This document shows, piece after piece, positions 1 through 48,200 of a stretch of 64,000 bases of DNA (the stretch's first letter is position 1; every line of letters starts with the position of its first letter). The notes under the pieces are model-generated. The model searched no databases. It was not told where the DNA came from and worked only from the letters and a program-made list of their open reading frames with translations. A program made the position numbers and the translations under genes. Source of the stretch: Callorhinchus milii (lineage: Eukaryota); assembly GCF_018977255.1 (NCBI RefSeq), contig NW_024704742.1, positions 118,856,001 to 118,920,000 of the forward strand, written 5' to 3'.

Positions 1-907
1 ATCAAGCTACCGGCCCATCTCCAACCTCCCCTTCCTGTCCAAGGTCTTGGAACGAGTTGTCGCCTCCCAGCTGCGCTCTTTCCTCTCCACCCATTCATTA
101 TTCGAACCCCTTCAGTCGGGTTTCCGTGCTGCCCATAGCACAGAAACTGCCCTGGTCAAGGTCACCAATGACATCCTGACCATCTGTGACCAGGGCTCCC
201 TCTGCCTCCTCGTCCTCCTCGACCTATCGGCAGCATTCGATACGGTCGACCACGCTATCCTCCTCCACCGCTTGTCCTCCCACCTCAACCTTCAAGGCCC
301 TGTCCTTGAGTGGTTTAGGTCGTACCTCTCCCACCGTCTTCACTTTGTCTCCACGAACGGCTTTTCCTCCGCCCCCGCACTGTCTCGTGCAGTGTCCCTC
401 AGGGCTCTGTCCTCGGTCCCCTCCTCTTCACCCTCTATATGCTCCCCCTTGGTGACATCATCCGCAGACATGGGGTTAACTTCCACATGTATGCGGATGA
501 CACCCAACTCTACCTTTCCTCCTCTACCCTCAACTCCACGACCACCGATGTCCTGACAGCTGCCTGTCCGACATCGAGTCCTGGACGAGAGACAACTTTC
601 TTCAGCTCAACGTGCGCAAAACTGAGGCCCTCCTGATTGGCTCACGTCAGCGCCTCCGCACCTCAGGCGCTGACAGCATCAGCATCCAAGGCTGCACTCT
701 CCACCTCTCAAAGCCAGTCAGGAACCTCGGGGTTCTGTTCGACCCTGAGCTGTCCTTTCTCCCTCATATCCGCGCCATAACTGGCACCGCCTTCCATCAC
801 CTCCGGAACATCGCCAGACTACGGCACTACCTCACCCCTCACGCTGCTGAAACTCTGGTCCACGCCTTTATCACCTCAAGGCTGGACTATGGGAACTCTC
901 TCCTCGT
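1..907 (+). mobile_element. L2-clade LINE RT fragment, frameshifted and truncated
   Basis: [36 protein letters not shown] motifs split across frames. Confidence 0.92.
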
Positions 908-1257
908 TCTGAATTTAGTCCCCTCGAATCGCAGGCCGTGTCCTTTGTGTCCCTATATTAGATAAGAGGCTTCCATCCATGGACTGGCTGACTGTAGAAT
1001 GTAAGATAGCTAGGATTCAGTGTCAATCCTTCCTTTCTTCCCTTCAGCAAAATAAGGAAAAGGAAAGCTGTTGGGAATCAATCATAACCCAGCTTGCACA
1101 CTCTCATCTAATTATTCCATATTTTACCATTACTGGACAAGTCATTGGTTAGGACTCTGGACCTTGAATAGCATATTCTGTGTTACACTGAATAAACTCT
1201 TGTCTACTGTCTTGTTCTGATCAAGTGGCCCATTTTCTTCTTAAGGTGCTATATTAA

Positions 1258-1750
1258 GGTGGTGTCAGCTTTGCTCACTCGGAATCAGAAAGTTGTGTGA
1301 TCAAGCCACCCATGAGGAATTGAGTTTATATTCTAGTCTGGCTCTCCAAAACAGTAATAATAATAATAATCCTTGCATTTGATATAGCACCTTTTCACGT
1401 CACAGAATAGAGTGTAAAATGAATTGACTGTAATATTTTGTGGGAGTACTGCATTGTCAGAGGTGGCATCATTCAGATGAATAAATTGAGGTCCTGTTTG
1501 TTCAGCTGCTGTTGAAAATCCCATTACACTATCAGAAAGATTGGAGTTTCTCCTGCTGTCTTGGCTAACAATCTTCCAGATTATTTGATGATTCATTGTG
1601 CGGCTATATATGTGACTTAATAGCCACAAATGGCTGCTGCATTTGTCTACAAAGACAGTAACTGCACTTGCCATTATTTGTGAAATGCTTTCATACATTC
1701 CACCATCACAAGGTAGTGAAAAAAGTTCTGTCTTCTGTATTTTAGGATTA
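1258..1750 (+). mobile_element. Old Deu-domain SINE, interrupted by an inverted SINE-tail fragment (about 1355-1443)
   Basis: gggagtactgcattgtcagaggtggcatcattcagatg..gttgaaaatcccatt resembles the AmnSINE/SacSINE-type Deu core. Confidence 0.65.
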
Positions 1751-2059
1751 TAATAAATAATAATAATCCTTGCACTTGATATAGCGCTTTTCACATCTTT
1801 GAGATGTCTCAAAACGCTTCACAGAATATATTGTAAAGTGAGTTGACTGTATATTTGTGGGCGAAACGTGGCAGCCAATTGCGCACAGCAGTATCCCACA
1901 AACAGTCATGGATTGAAATGACCAATTTATTTATTTTTCTTGAGGGATTATTATCAGGCATGTGGAGTAAAGAAACTTGCCCAAGGTTTCACCCTGCCGG
2001 GAATCGAACCCAGGTCTCTCGCTTGAGAGTGCTCTAACCACTAAGCTACAACACTCCAC
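1750..2059 (-). mobile_element. tRNA-derived SINE, short form
   Basis: Reverse complement of head GTGGAG..GTAGCT..GTGGTTAGAGCA; (TTA)n tail. Confidence 0.88.
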
Positions 2060-3001
2060 AATTATCATGAATGTGACTTGATTGCAAGACTTCAAGGCTC
2101 CATCTGCCTGTTCAGGTGGACGTTAAAGATCCTATACCACCATTCGAAAAGAGAAAAGAGTTTCTCCAGGTATCCTGGCCAACAATCCCCCAGATAAAAT
2201 TGGTTGTTCAATTCATGACTCATTGTGGGATATTGCTGTGCACAAATTATCTGCCACAGTTGCCTACAAAATACACTTTTTAGTAGATCCTGTGAAACAC
2301 TCTGAGACGTCCTCACTATGTGAAAGATGTTATATCAGATGTACAGATTACTGTATTACTTTTTATTGTCTGAGGTACGTTCAGATGCTATACAGCAGAA
2401 AGTGCAGTGTTCCCACATGGGCGGTAATTCTGAGTAATTACAACTGGAAATGTGTCTACAGGAACTTAATACCTGAAAGTCGGAAACTTACCCCCAATGT
2501 TTTTTTTAATAGGTCATAAATAATGGTCTGAGATATGAATAGCTATTCCACCTACTATTTCCAGATGATACTTTGGGATTAGAAACATATGAATCGAAAG
2601 TGTTGAACGTTACTCATTTGTGGCACATGCAAGTTGTTTGGGTGACCCAAACCATGTTTGCAAAGCTCGAGAGGATTATTGGTATCACATGGGACCTCAG
2701 CTTAAGCCCCATTTTGCTGAAAGTACACAAGCAACGCAGTTCATGGCAGTGCTGAAAGTGTCAGTACTGTGTCACCTTTCAACAGCTGTGCATCGATCTT
2801 TTCCCAAATCGTTTTGTGCTGCAGCTGTTTCCAGGAGCCATATGTTAACTAAATGCAGCTGATGAAAGGGCTGCTATTTCAGGTCGAGTGCCTCATTTTG
2901 TTTAATTGTGACTGCAGTAAAAAAACAAATGTGTTAGTGATGTAGTGGCACAGTGTGTGCATCACCAAGTTCTGCATCACCATCCTTCCCCCCCACTCCA
3001 A

Positions 3002-3372
3002 GTGGAGCCCTGTAGCTCAGTGGTTAGAGCACTCACCTCGCAAGCGAGAGGACCTGGGTTTGATTCTCGGCAGGGCAAAATGTTGGGCAAGTTTCCTTGC
3101 TCCACATACCTCTGTTTACCCAGCAGTAAGTAAGAACCCGGTTGTTAGTTAATTGGCGGGTTGCTTTTCCGGGGGTAATAATTCCTTCAAAAATAATAAT
3201 AATAAAATGGACGCTCAATCCATGACTGTTTGTGGGACACTGTGGGCGCAATTGGCTGCTGCATTTCACACACAAAATATACAGTCAAATTCACTTTACA
3301 GTATATTCTGTGAAGCTCTTTGAGACGTTTTGAAGATGTGATAATATGTTAAATCCAATATATAGTATTATA
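3002..3372 (+). mobile_element. tRNA-derived SINE, long form with CORE-like segment
   Basis: A box TAGCTCAGTGG, B-box-like GGTTTGATTC, then ttgggcaagtttccttgctccacatacctctgtttacccagc. Confidence 0.88.
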
Positions 3373-3374
3373 TT

Positions 3375-3720
3375 TTGCCACTATCTTGCCTGTTTTCAAG
3401 CCTGGTGGCAGAGTTTGAGCACTGCTTCCCAGGATACTGATTCACTTAAGTCAATATCCTATTTTTAGCTGCAATCCAACGCCAAACCTGTAAACGGGGG
3501 TCAGAGACAGAGTGGAGAAATCTTCGGGCCCAATCCGGGCTTTGTATAGCGTTTGGGCCTGAGGATGTCTCTGTACAGTTGCTGTTCCTGATCATGGGGA
3601 TCAGCATTTTAGGGCAGCTAAAAATAGTGCATTGACCTAATTTAGTCGCTATCCTGTGAAGAGGCACTCAAAAGCTGCCTCTGAGATTTAAAGACAAACA
3701 CGGTACTTTTTAAATGGCAG
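3375..3720. mobile_element. Foldback / MITE-like element
   Basis: Left arm ..gagtttgagcactgcttcccaggata..tcaatatcctatttttagctgc pairs with right arm gcagctaaaaatagtgcattgac..tatcctgtgaagaggcactcaaaagc. Confidence 0.75.
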
Positions 3721-4345
3721 GAAAGATGTCAGCAAAAACCAAATTCTGTGAAGCAAATGTTGCGCTATGAAGAACAGGAGCAAAGTTTTAGGCTGAAACC
3801 AGGGTCTCATCTCGTCCTTGAGCTTTCTCAAAGCACTTTACAGAATATATTGTAAAGTTAATTGACTGTATATTTTTGTCCCACAAACAGTCCGGGATTG
3901 AGTGACCACATTTTTTAACATATAATTTCACAGTTAGTCTTCTGAAATGGATGGAAAACTGTGACGTTTCATAGCATAGTGATTATCGAATGCTTTATCA
4001 AATGACACAATTGTCACCTGACTGTACCAACATGAGTCACCAGGAAAGGAGGGAGTAAGAACATAATTATATCCAGCTGCCACAGTTTCATCTAACTGTT
4101 CTGATAAATGTTTCGGTACACAGTATTCTTTTCCATTGGCACAGCTTCCCAACTTTACATTCCTGTTACATCTCATCATACCTCAGAAATGTCACGCAGG
4201 TCTATGGTTTTCATTACAGAATCGTGCAGCACAGTGGGTGCTAACCTTCTCTGTGCCTCTGCTTGTTTCTCACAACATAGCTGCCAAAATCTAAATGCAC
4301 CGTCACCGGCTTCTGTTAATAAAATGTCTTTTTTGACCATTGCAG

Positions 4346-39228
<34,883 letters not shown>

Positions 39229-39415
39229 CCAGCTCCTCGAGAATGGAAAGACTGTAGAGAATTCCATGTGGAGCGAATCCAGAGAGAATGAAGAAATGAA
39301 AAGCAGCTGTGAAAGGAAAAAAAAAACTTGTGTTCGCCAAGTAATGGATACAAAAGTTATCTAATGGAATTGTACTTATGGCAGTCAGATTGACACCTGC
39401 AGTAATAAGAATTAC

Positions 39416-39421
39416 AATAAA
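39416..39421 (+). terminator. Candidate THBS4 polyadenylation signal AATAAA
   Basis: First AATAAA after the stop (about 190 nt downstream); GT-rich sequence follows. Confidence 0.45.
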
Positions 39422-39750
39422 ATATTTGGAAAGGCCGTGTTTGACATCTCAGTGTATCAGAGATTGTGTGAATGTATTATGAACACCGAAAATGTTAGAG
39501 GGAGAAATTGCACCTACTCCAGTTACGTAGCATTTCAGAGTGTCCAGCATTAGACAAGAGCGACAGCCAATTTCCACACAGCAATATCTCATAAACAGCT
39601 ACAAAGTGAATGACTAATTTTTTGTCGGGAGATTGTTGGCCAGGATACTAGGGGAGACTCTGCTTTCAAATTTGACTACTTTTCATCCAGCTGAACAGGC
39701 AGACAGGACCTCAATTTAACTTCTCAACTCCTAAAACAGAAGAAACATCG

Positions 39751-39944
39751 GGTGTAACTTGCAATAGTTGAAACCAAATTTGTGAACAGTGAATCCGGCT
39801 GGTATCTGCCTGTATCGGACTGGAATTCTACTCATATGCTAATCTTGGATTAGATTTCAGTAGATCTGGGAGGTAGATCCCCGTCAGAGTGTAGTTTCAA
39901 ATTTGCAATTTACAGGTTGATTTGACACTATCGTAAATTAAACC
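39751..39944. repeat. Degenerate foldback element
   Basis: ggtgtaacttgcaatagttgaaaccaa vs inverted ttgatttgacactatcgtaaattaaacc; inner arms also pair. Confidence 0.55.
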
Positions 39945-41012
39945 TTTTGGCTGAATCTTTTGAAAATGATCTTTAATATTGATTCTTCATAAATCTTGAG
40001 TTTCTTTTCAGCTGATTTAAAATATGATTGTTATTGTCTTGTTTCCCATCTACCTGCTTCCTTACTTGCTTTAGCCTTTTCCTTTCCCTCTGGTACTTTC
40101 TGAATCTCTGCCTTGAATCTGTATTGGACCATAATTTAAGCCTTTATCTGAATCCACAGTACCATGCTCACTGTTACACATCAAAAGTAAATTATATAGA
40201 TTGGGTTGGATTTAAATCCTACCACAAGCTCTGTGAGTCCAACAAGAAAACATTTCAATCTCTTGATTATAGTGGTACTGGAAGCATTGTAGGAAGAAGG
40301 ATTTGGGAAGATCAGACAATAAGCTTTACTGTCTTGGATTATTATTAATCATAATATTAAAAAATATTGCATTTGATATAGCGCCTTTCAAGTTGGGAGG
40401 ATGCCTTAAATCACTTCATAGGATTTGTAAAGTGTAGCATTTGTATAAATTTAGGTTAATAACTTTTTTACAACCACAAACAGCTAAATTTACTAACTGC
40501 CTATAAGATTAAAATTGGAAACTCTGAGGAGGGATAGGATAGGAATTGATATCAAACTAAATATCTCACTCTCCGCATAATCAAAAAGACACTGCCAGCA
40601 AATGTGCCGTGAATTCTCTACCACCTGTTTCTCAGCCTATCCTGGAAGACAGATTTAAATACCCACCACAACAAATTGCTGGTTTGTTGATATGGTTCGA
40701 TGTAAGGACGTAACTGATGCACTGATGGTAGAGCCACTCCAATGCAGTCCTGCATTATCAGATGTGCTGTCCTTTGGATGAGATGTTAAACTGAGGTACC
40801 ATCTGCTTGTTCAGGGGGACATTTAAGGATCTCACACCTTCTATTCAAAAGGAGAAGGAAGTTTTTCCTGATTTCCTGGCCACCACTCCCTCAAAGAAAA
40901 TTGGGCATTCACTTTATGGCCTTTTCTAACATTGCTGTGCAGTAAAATTCTGTGAAGTACTTTAAGGTGTCTCAATGATGTGATAAGGCAAGTTTCCTTA
41001 TTCCACATGCCT

Positions 41013-41330
41013 GTGGAGTCCTGTAGCTCAGTGGTTAGAGCACTCGCTTTGCAAGCGAGAGACCTGGGTTCAATTCCAGGCAGGGCGAAACCTTGGGCAA
41101 GTTTCCTTACTCCACACACCTAATAATAATCCCTCCAAAACCAAAAACAATAATAAATTGGTCATTTTCAATCTACGACAGTTTGTGGGACATTGCCGTG
41201 CGCAATTGGCTGCTGCGTTCGCCCACAAATATACAGTCAATTCACTTTACAGTGTGTTCTATGAAGTGCTTTGGGACGTCCTCCCGACGTGAAAAGCGCT
41301 ATATCAAATGCAAGGATTATTATTATTATT
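41013..41330 (+). mobile_element. Young tRNA-derived SINE nested in the tail of an older Deu-SINE (about 40720-41360)
   Basis: Full-length copy; host tail resumes after it as gaggcactaaatcaagagcaaggattat. Confidence 0.92.
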
Positions 41331-41582
41331 GAGGCACTAAATCAAGAGCAAGGATTATCATAACCTTGAAGTAAGATGTTTGAATGCAGGACAGTCAAAA
41401 AAGTAACTTCAGCAAAGCCGAACCATATTCCAGTACCATATTCTAATGTATATTCTAGTGTTTACAAGCAGGTTGAATACTACCTGAACAAAAGACATTA
41501 CAGCCTTTGATGTAGAAAATGTAAATACAGAGTGCAGCTTATTCTCAGCTGAGTGTCTCAACTTGTGGGATGTGCACACTAC

Positions 41583-41874
41583 ATAATAATAATAATAATA
41601 ATCCTTGCATTTGATATAGCGCTTTTCACGTCGGGAGGACGTCCCAAACCTCTTCACAGAAGACACTGTAAAGTGAATTGACTGCATATTTGTGGGCGAA
41701 CGCGGCAGCCAATTGCGCAAAGAAATGTCCCACAAACAGTCGTAGATTGAAAATGACCAATTTATTATTGTTTTTGGTTTTGGAGGGATTATTATTAGGC
41801 TCTGTGTGGAGTAAGGAAACTTGCCCAAGGTTTCGCCCTGACCTGGAATTGAACTCAGGTCTCTCGCTTGCAAA
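41583..41874 (-). mobile_element. Young tRNA-derived SINE, slightly 5'-truncated
   Basis: Inverted near-identical partner of the 41013 copy. Confidence 0.92.
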
Positions 41875-42008
41875 TAACAGAACAAACTCAATAAATCACA
41901 CAAGAGGGTGGGCTGTAAAATGGAATTCACTGCCACTGCCCATTGTTGGAACTAGAGACAAATTATTTTAAAAGGAAATTAGATGCTTGAAGCTACAGCC
42001 TTTCCTTT

Positions 42009-43128
42009 AACAACAAAATTACGTTTATATAGCGCCTTTCATGTCAGGAGGACATCCCAAGGTGCTGGACAGTCAGGGATCAGGACCCAAGCATGGGGGA
42101 TGGGTGAGGGACGGCAGAGAGGTGGGAGGGCGACTGAAGGCATGATCGAAGAGGAGGGTCTTGAGACCGGACTTGAAGGAGGCAAGGGAGGAAGCGAGAT
42201 GAAGGGATGGTGGCATGGAGTTCCAGAGTGTGGGGACAGAGAGGCTGAAAGACCGGCTACCGATGGTAGGGCGGGTCGGGCGGAACATGGAGCAGACCGG
42301 AGCCCGCTGAACAGAGTGAGAGGGCAGGTTGGTAGGGAATCAGCAGGTAAGAGAGGTAGGAGGATGGCCTTGAAAGTGAGGATGAGGATCTTGAATTCGA
42401 TCCTCTGGGGGATGGGGAGCCAGTGGAGTTGGGCGAGGGTGGGAGTGATGGGGTCACGGAGCCTGGTGCGTGAGAGTACACGAGCTGCAGAGTTTTGGAT
42501 GATCTGCAGCTTGGGAAGGGAAGAGTTGGGAAGGCTGATGAGGAGGGAGTTTCCATAAGCAAGCCTTGAGGTGCCGAATGCGTGGGTGAGGCAGTGGCGG
42601 AGTCTGGCAATATTGCGGAGGTGGTGGTAGGCAGTGCCCGTCATAGCACGGATGTGGGGGAGAAAGCACAGTTCAGGGTCAAACAAGATACCCAGATTCC
42701 TGACTGGCTTAGTGAGGTTGAGTGTGCAGCCGTGGAGGATGCTGCCAGCGCCCGAGGTGCGGAGGCGCTGCGCGAGCCAATCAGGGGTCCCTCGTCCAGG
42801 ACTTGATGTCGGACAGACAGTCGGTCTGGACACCAGTGGTCCTGGAGTTGAGGGTGGCGACAGAGAGATAAGAGTTGGGTGTCATCCGCATACATGTGGA
42901 AATTTACCCCATGTCTGTGGATGATGTCACCAAGGGGGAGCATGTAGAGGATGAAGAGGAGGGGACCGAGGACAGAGCTCGAGACGGTGCAGGGGCTGGA
43001 GGATAAGCCGTTTGCAGAGACGGCGTGGAGGTGGTGTGAAAGGTAGGACCTGAACCAGTCAAGGGCAGAACCTTGAAGTTCGAGGTGGGAGGAGAGGCAG
43101 TGGAGGAGGATTGAATGGTCCACAATAT
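42009..43128 (-). mobile_element. 5'-truncated L2 with small deletions; abuts a plus-strand L2 tail (about 43135-43203)
   Basis: [20 protein letters not shown] motifs. Confidence 0.9.
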
Positions 43129-45234
43129 CACCCCTGTCTCCCAGCATCTTTGGACATCCTCCCAACGTGAAAGGGGCTATACAAATGTGATTTTGTTGTT
43201 GTCTTATAATCAGGCAACTATACAAAGTATAAGTTGTACAAACTGTACAAGGTGTAAATCTAAACGGAGGAGGGTGGGAGAAATAAAACAATTGAACCGT
43301 ATAGAAATATTCAATTAATTAATACCTGAGTTGAAGAGGTTAAGCCACGATGAGAGCCCGGGTAGAGCAGAAGATTAAGTGTAATTTAAGTATTTAAAAT
43401 AATGAAAGGAATTCACAGGTTAAGATAACGGACAATTTTCCCTTCTAGTAGCGGGATCCATTCCAAGAGGATGTAGCTTTAAAATCAGAACTAAGGCAGT
43501 TAGAACTGAAGTCAGCCAGCATTGCTTATAAATATAGTAAAATTGCGTGAAACATTTTGAGATGACCTCCCAATGTTAAAGGTCCTATTTGCATTATTTC
43601 TTCACAGAGAGTTGTGAAGATGTGGAATGCTCTGTCCCAGGAAGATATAAATGAAAAATCAAAGGGATTTTAAGAGATAGACAGAGTATAATAAATATAC
43701 CAGGCTGCAAGTCAAGTGAATCAGCTAGCTGTTAACATGATTAGGTCTTATGTTAATTGGTGATCCATTAGAGAACATCGAAACCCTGGTTAGAGACAAT
43801 TGGATCAAGCTTACAGGGCAGTCTCCTGTGCAACCAATTCTCTCTTCATTTGTGCCAAATTGTAGTCAAAGACTTTTAATCTGAAGTAAATTATATGGAA
43901 TATAATCAATTACATTCAATTACATCAGCAGATGAACTGCACATTTTATTCTGAATGAAGTGAGTTGGTTACAAGCATGAACAAGGGCCCTGGTTTTATT
44001 ATTCAGTCTATGTTTCTCACCGATTGGTCCAGATTTCTCTTTTAGCAACTACAAGAGATTACAAAGAAATCCTACAGCAAGTGTACTTGGATAGGTCAAG
44101 TGACAATTTTCTGGTTTAGGCTAATTGTAGTAATTCATTTTAAAAAATCTTTGTAATTGATAGAGCCTTATTGTGTTGTCAAAATCTTTCAAAGCATTTC
44201 ACAGGACTTACTGTTAAGTGTAGAGACTGTATTTATAGGTGAATAGATGTCCCTAGAGACAAAGCACTCTGGAATGGTACCCAGCATGAGGAGCTTAATA
44301 TAAATGCAAATTGTTTTTGTTGTAATGTGGTAGTCAACTGCAGGAGTGTAAATATTCTTTGGGTACAAATGCAATAGAAATCCCCAAATTGAAGCAAATA
44401 ACCCCAAATTACATGCAACTGCAAAGCGATACAGGCATCACTGTAAAGAGTTTTGAGAGTAGCAGTCACCAGTCTTGTTTAAGGCATGGATCACTGCAGT
44501 GCAATATGTGGAGACGACCTAACTCTTTAAAACAACTTTTACTGCTAGAATCAATATTAAATTTCCTCAACTGCCTCTTCAGAGAACACTTGCATCATAC
44601 ACCGTGTCAGTGCAAAGCAGAAAAATTGGCAATAAAACCTTGCTTTTATAGAGAGAGTTACCTTCTGATAACTAGTCCCATTACTTTCCTTATGGCATGT
44701 GCATGAAATAGATAGACAGCAACAGTATTAAAAATTGAGAGAATAGGGTTTGGGGATTGAAAATTCCAACACAATGTAAAAAAATTGTGGTACTGGTTCG
44801 ATGGACTGAATGGTGTTCTCCTGTTTTTCAATGTTGCTGTGACAGATGGACAGAGTAAAAAACAAAGGTGCTATCTGGATTTAGGGAGCGATGCTGAAAT
44901 TGATGGGAGGAACTATTGCATATTTGCTGATATGAGTTAGAAATCCCTCCTCTACTTACCACAGAGATATTTAGAGTTTTGGACATAGACCAAAAATCAG
45001 AGGGGAGAATATTTTGTCCTATAGACTGAATGGGAGTGGAGATGGAGTGTGTAACTTTCTCTGAATTCAGTGTTCATCTAGCACTCTACTTCCTTCATTA
45101 ATTAAAGTAATCAACTTACGTTGATAAGTAATGACCTAAAAAATAAATTCCCACATCAGCCACCAATGCAAATAACATTTTGTACATTTTGATCGTGCAC
45201 AATTCAAATATGAGGTTCAAAAAATGAATGTCAA

Positions 45235-45240
45235 TTTATT
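45235..45240 (-). terminator. Candidate SERINC5 polyadenylation signal AATAAA (end of an approximately 4.2-kb 3' UTR)
   Basis: TTTATT on + strand at the edge of a long AU-rich, TE-poor tract; T-rich downstream element on the minus strand. Confidence 0.55.
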
Positions 45241-48200
45241 GAACTTTTTTTTAATACAAACAATGCAGGTCCATCAGTTAGAATGAGCCAGTAAAGCAAC
45301 ATTATACTGGAAGATGTAGTTATATATATAATATATATAAAAAACAATTTTACATCAGAATAGTTCAAGTGGAATTTTACTGTGTCTGATTAGCAATAGC
45401 CAATATAGGAGATACAGTATATGAAAAGACTGGTGTTTTGAAACAATTATAACATTTATCCAGTTAACATTTTGTGGAGTTTACTTCAACTTAAGGTACG
45501 AGGGGAGAGAGAAAATCAGATGACAGAATAGGTTGTAGTACATTATATAAAAAAATCACCTGCAATCCAGAAATGGAATAAAGTTTCCACCATAAATTAG
45601 TTCAGGCAATTTTAAGGAAGACTTGAATTCCTAACGATAAAACACTCAAAACACATAAATTAAACTACTTTTTTTTTAAAAAAGGTGCCGTAAAACTTTT
45701 TTAATATAGGATTCCTGTAGTAGTACAATATATTCTTGCAGAAGGAGAAGAGCAAGGTACAAAAGAACTGGTGCGAGAGTGTTATAAAAATACTGCATAC
45801 AATTGCCCTTTATTAAATAAACTTGGACACAAAAGACCCAGATTTTTCCCTTAGTTGGGCAAAAATTATAGGCGCTACAGCATCAGACCACAGTCCATGT
45901 GTAAAACTAGTGTCATCTTAAAAACAGAATGTCACGAGCCCTGCATGTAAAAGTTATCAAAATGAGGTGAATTCCCATGTGAAGTCTGAGGTGAGGAGAT
46001 AGCCACCAGGAGGGCAGCAAAACAAAGAGTAGTTTGTGAAATGACTTGTGACCCTGCATTAGACAGGCTGGTCTCCTCATTAGCACCAGTATGGGAATGA
46101 ACACAGAGCTGGGGTGATATCCCGACTGCATGTGCACCATACATCTCAGCTACAACATGGGCATCCAATGGGAGAAGGCAAAGGGGGGTGAGATCTAAAG
46201 TGTGCATTTATTCATCAAGTTGAAGTAAAATGACCACACCTAGGTAATCTTACATAGGCGGGTTTACTTTTCCCCCCAGTATTTTCACCTCATAAACAAC
46301 AGCATTGAGTGACAGTCTTTCCAAACAATCTCCTCGTACCTGGAATATACAAACACACCCCATTTTATTCAGGGCCCATTTTAATAATACTTGCATTTCA
46401 TACAGCACCTCATCACACTGAAATATCTCAAGATGAAACAGCGAGTTACTTCTTGCTTAAAAAAAGAAGTGCTGGCTAACCTGCATGGCATATGTGGCAG
46501 CAATGTCCCACTGACAGCAATGAGACAAATAACCAATGAATTTAGATAAGAGCGGAGTATTGGTCCAATAGAACCTTTCACATTTGCCTGAACTATCAGA
46601 ACAGCTCTACTCCAGCATCTCATCTGCAGGAAGAAATTCTTTAAACAGCATGTTCCTGTGTAAGTAACCCCTAGATTTGTAGGACACAAAACCTTTCACA
46701 AAAAGTGCAGGTTAGGCACATTTCATGGTGTTTAAATAATGAATTAAACCTCCCATTGGTAAGGGTTTCTCCAAAATTGAAGAAAATTATCAGTTAATTT
46801 GGACATTGTGATATTACTGTACACTATTGAATGGGATATTGTGTTAACACTGCAGTTTCTACTGGATCAATAGTTTCAGCGTCTTTAAAAAAACATCTTG
46901 AATAGACCAAAAAATGATATTCCTTTTTAAACGCTATATCCATTTTGAGATGAAGCAATAGACTTTAGTGACCATCCTCGAGGATTCTTTTATTTGGGGG
47001 TAAACTTGTTTATCACTCCAAATTATTCACTGCTTATCTCTCACTTAAATTTCCCTTGCAGTAGTCAAGCAAAAAGCCACTCAAAAAAAAACTCGTCACC
47101 ATTGAAAAACAGGAATAAGAGTAATGAAGGCCGCAGAGAAATGAAGAGACAAAGCTTTGTGTTGTTGCTGGTTTAAGACCTTTCGTCATTTAGAGAGAAA
47201 TGTTCATGCACCACGATATTCAGGAGAAAATCCATAATTTTACCTTTGCATTCAGCTGTGAATTGTTCTCATAAGAGTTAGCACATCATTCCCACTGGAT
47301 GAACTGCGATTTTTTTCACAAGGAGGTTTCTGAGAAATTGTGTACATGGACTGACTGACTGACTGACACACTACTTTACAACAGGAAAATCTACTCTCCT
47401 CAGATTCCTCCTTTACTCAAAGCCCGGGTAAAAGTGCGACAATCTGCTCTGAATGTTTCCACTTTTTTTTGCAATCTGATCATTTTGAAAGCTTTCAAAC
47501 TAAAATGTACTGAAAATCTGACTGCCTTTATATTCCTTCACATCAAATACTCATTCTGGTTCATTGAGAAAAGCCTGTGAATACAGATAGGTGCTAGCGA
47601 GTGAAGCTTCTCCCCACCCCCATTAGTGTCATCTTAAAAAAGCTACGCTCATTAAAAGGGAATCTGCGTACAATGCAACAGTCTGGAGGCTCAAAGTACA
47701 CAGGCTGTCAACACTGATTTGGATCAGTATTGTTACCTAGAGATTTAAGACAGGCACCAGAAACTCTCCAGTATTTGACCTATTAATGCTACAAAGCAAC
47801 AAATGCATCTAAGTTTAAGAACACGCAAGCAGGATCCGGTGCCAATGGAGCTTTGGTTAAAACAGAAAGAATCTCACAAATCTCTCAGTTGTATTTGGCA
47901 AACGGCTGTCTTAAATTCACTTGTTCCAGTAGCTCCTCCGATTTTATTTAAAGCCGTGTGTTGGGCTCTGTGAACCATGTTTAGCTCAGCTTTTTTTAAC
48001 GAATATTGTTTTACAGATGCCAAAAATGTACCAGAATACTTCATATCAAATACCAATACAAATTCCAATTCACTTTAAATAAATACACACCAATACCCGC
48101 ATTGAAACATTCCAGTCAATTATTTTCAGTTTCTTCAGACATTACCATCATATTCCTGAGGGATCGCACTTAGTCAAAGGACCCTATTAGTTTGTCTTGC

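Noticed and set aside
41013..41092. tRNA-Ala(TGC)-like cloverleaf, also at the other SINE heads
   Set aside because: Always followed by SINE body and tail, lacks a proper acceptor stem, and the anticodon varies among copies (TGC, CGC, CAC, TAC). These are SINE heads, not tRNA genes.
41093..41936. Recurrent small ORFs MGKFPYST... and MTVYLWA... as a peptide gene family
   Set aside because: Chance translations of SINE copies from non-ATG starts
42009..43203. L2 tails in inverted orientation as terminal inverted repeats of a new composite element
   Set aside because: Tails are diverged and no shared TSD is visible; two adjacent insertions is the simpler reading
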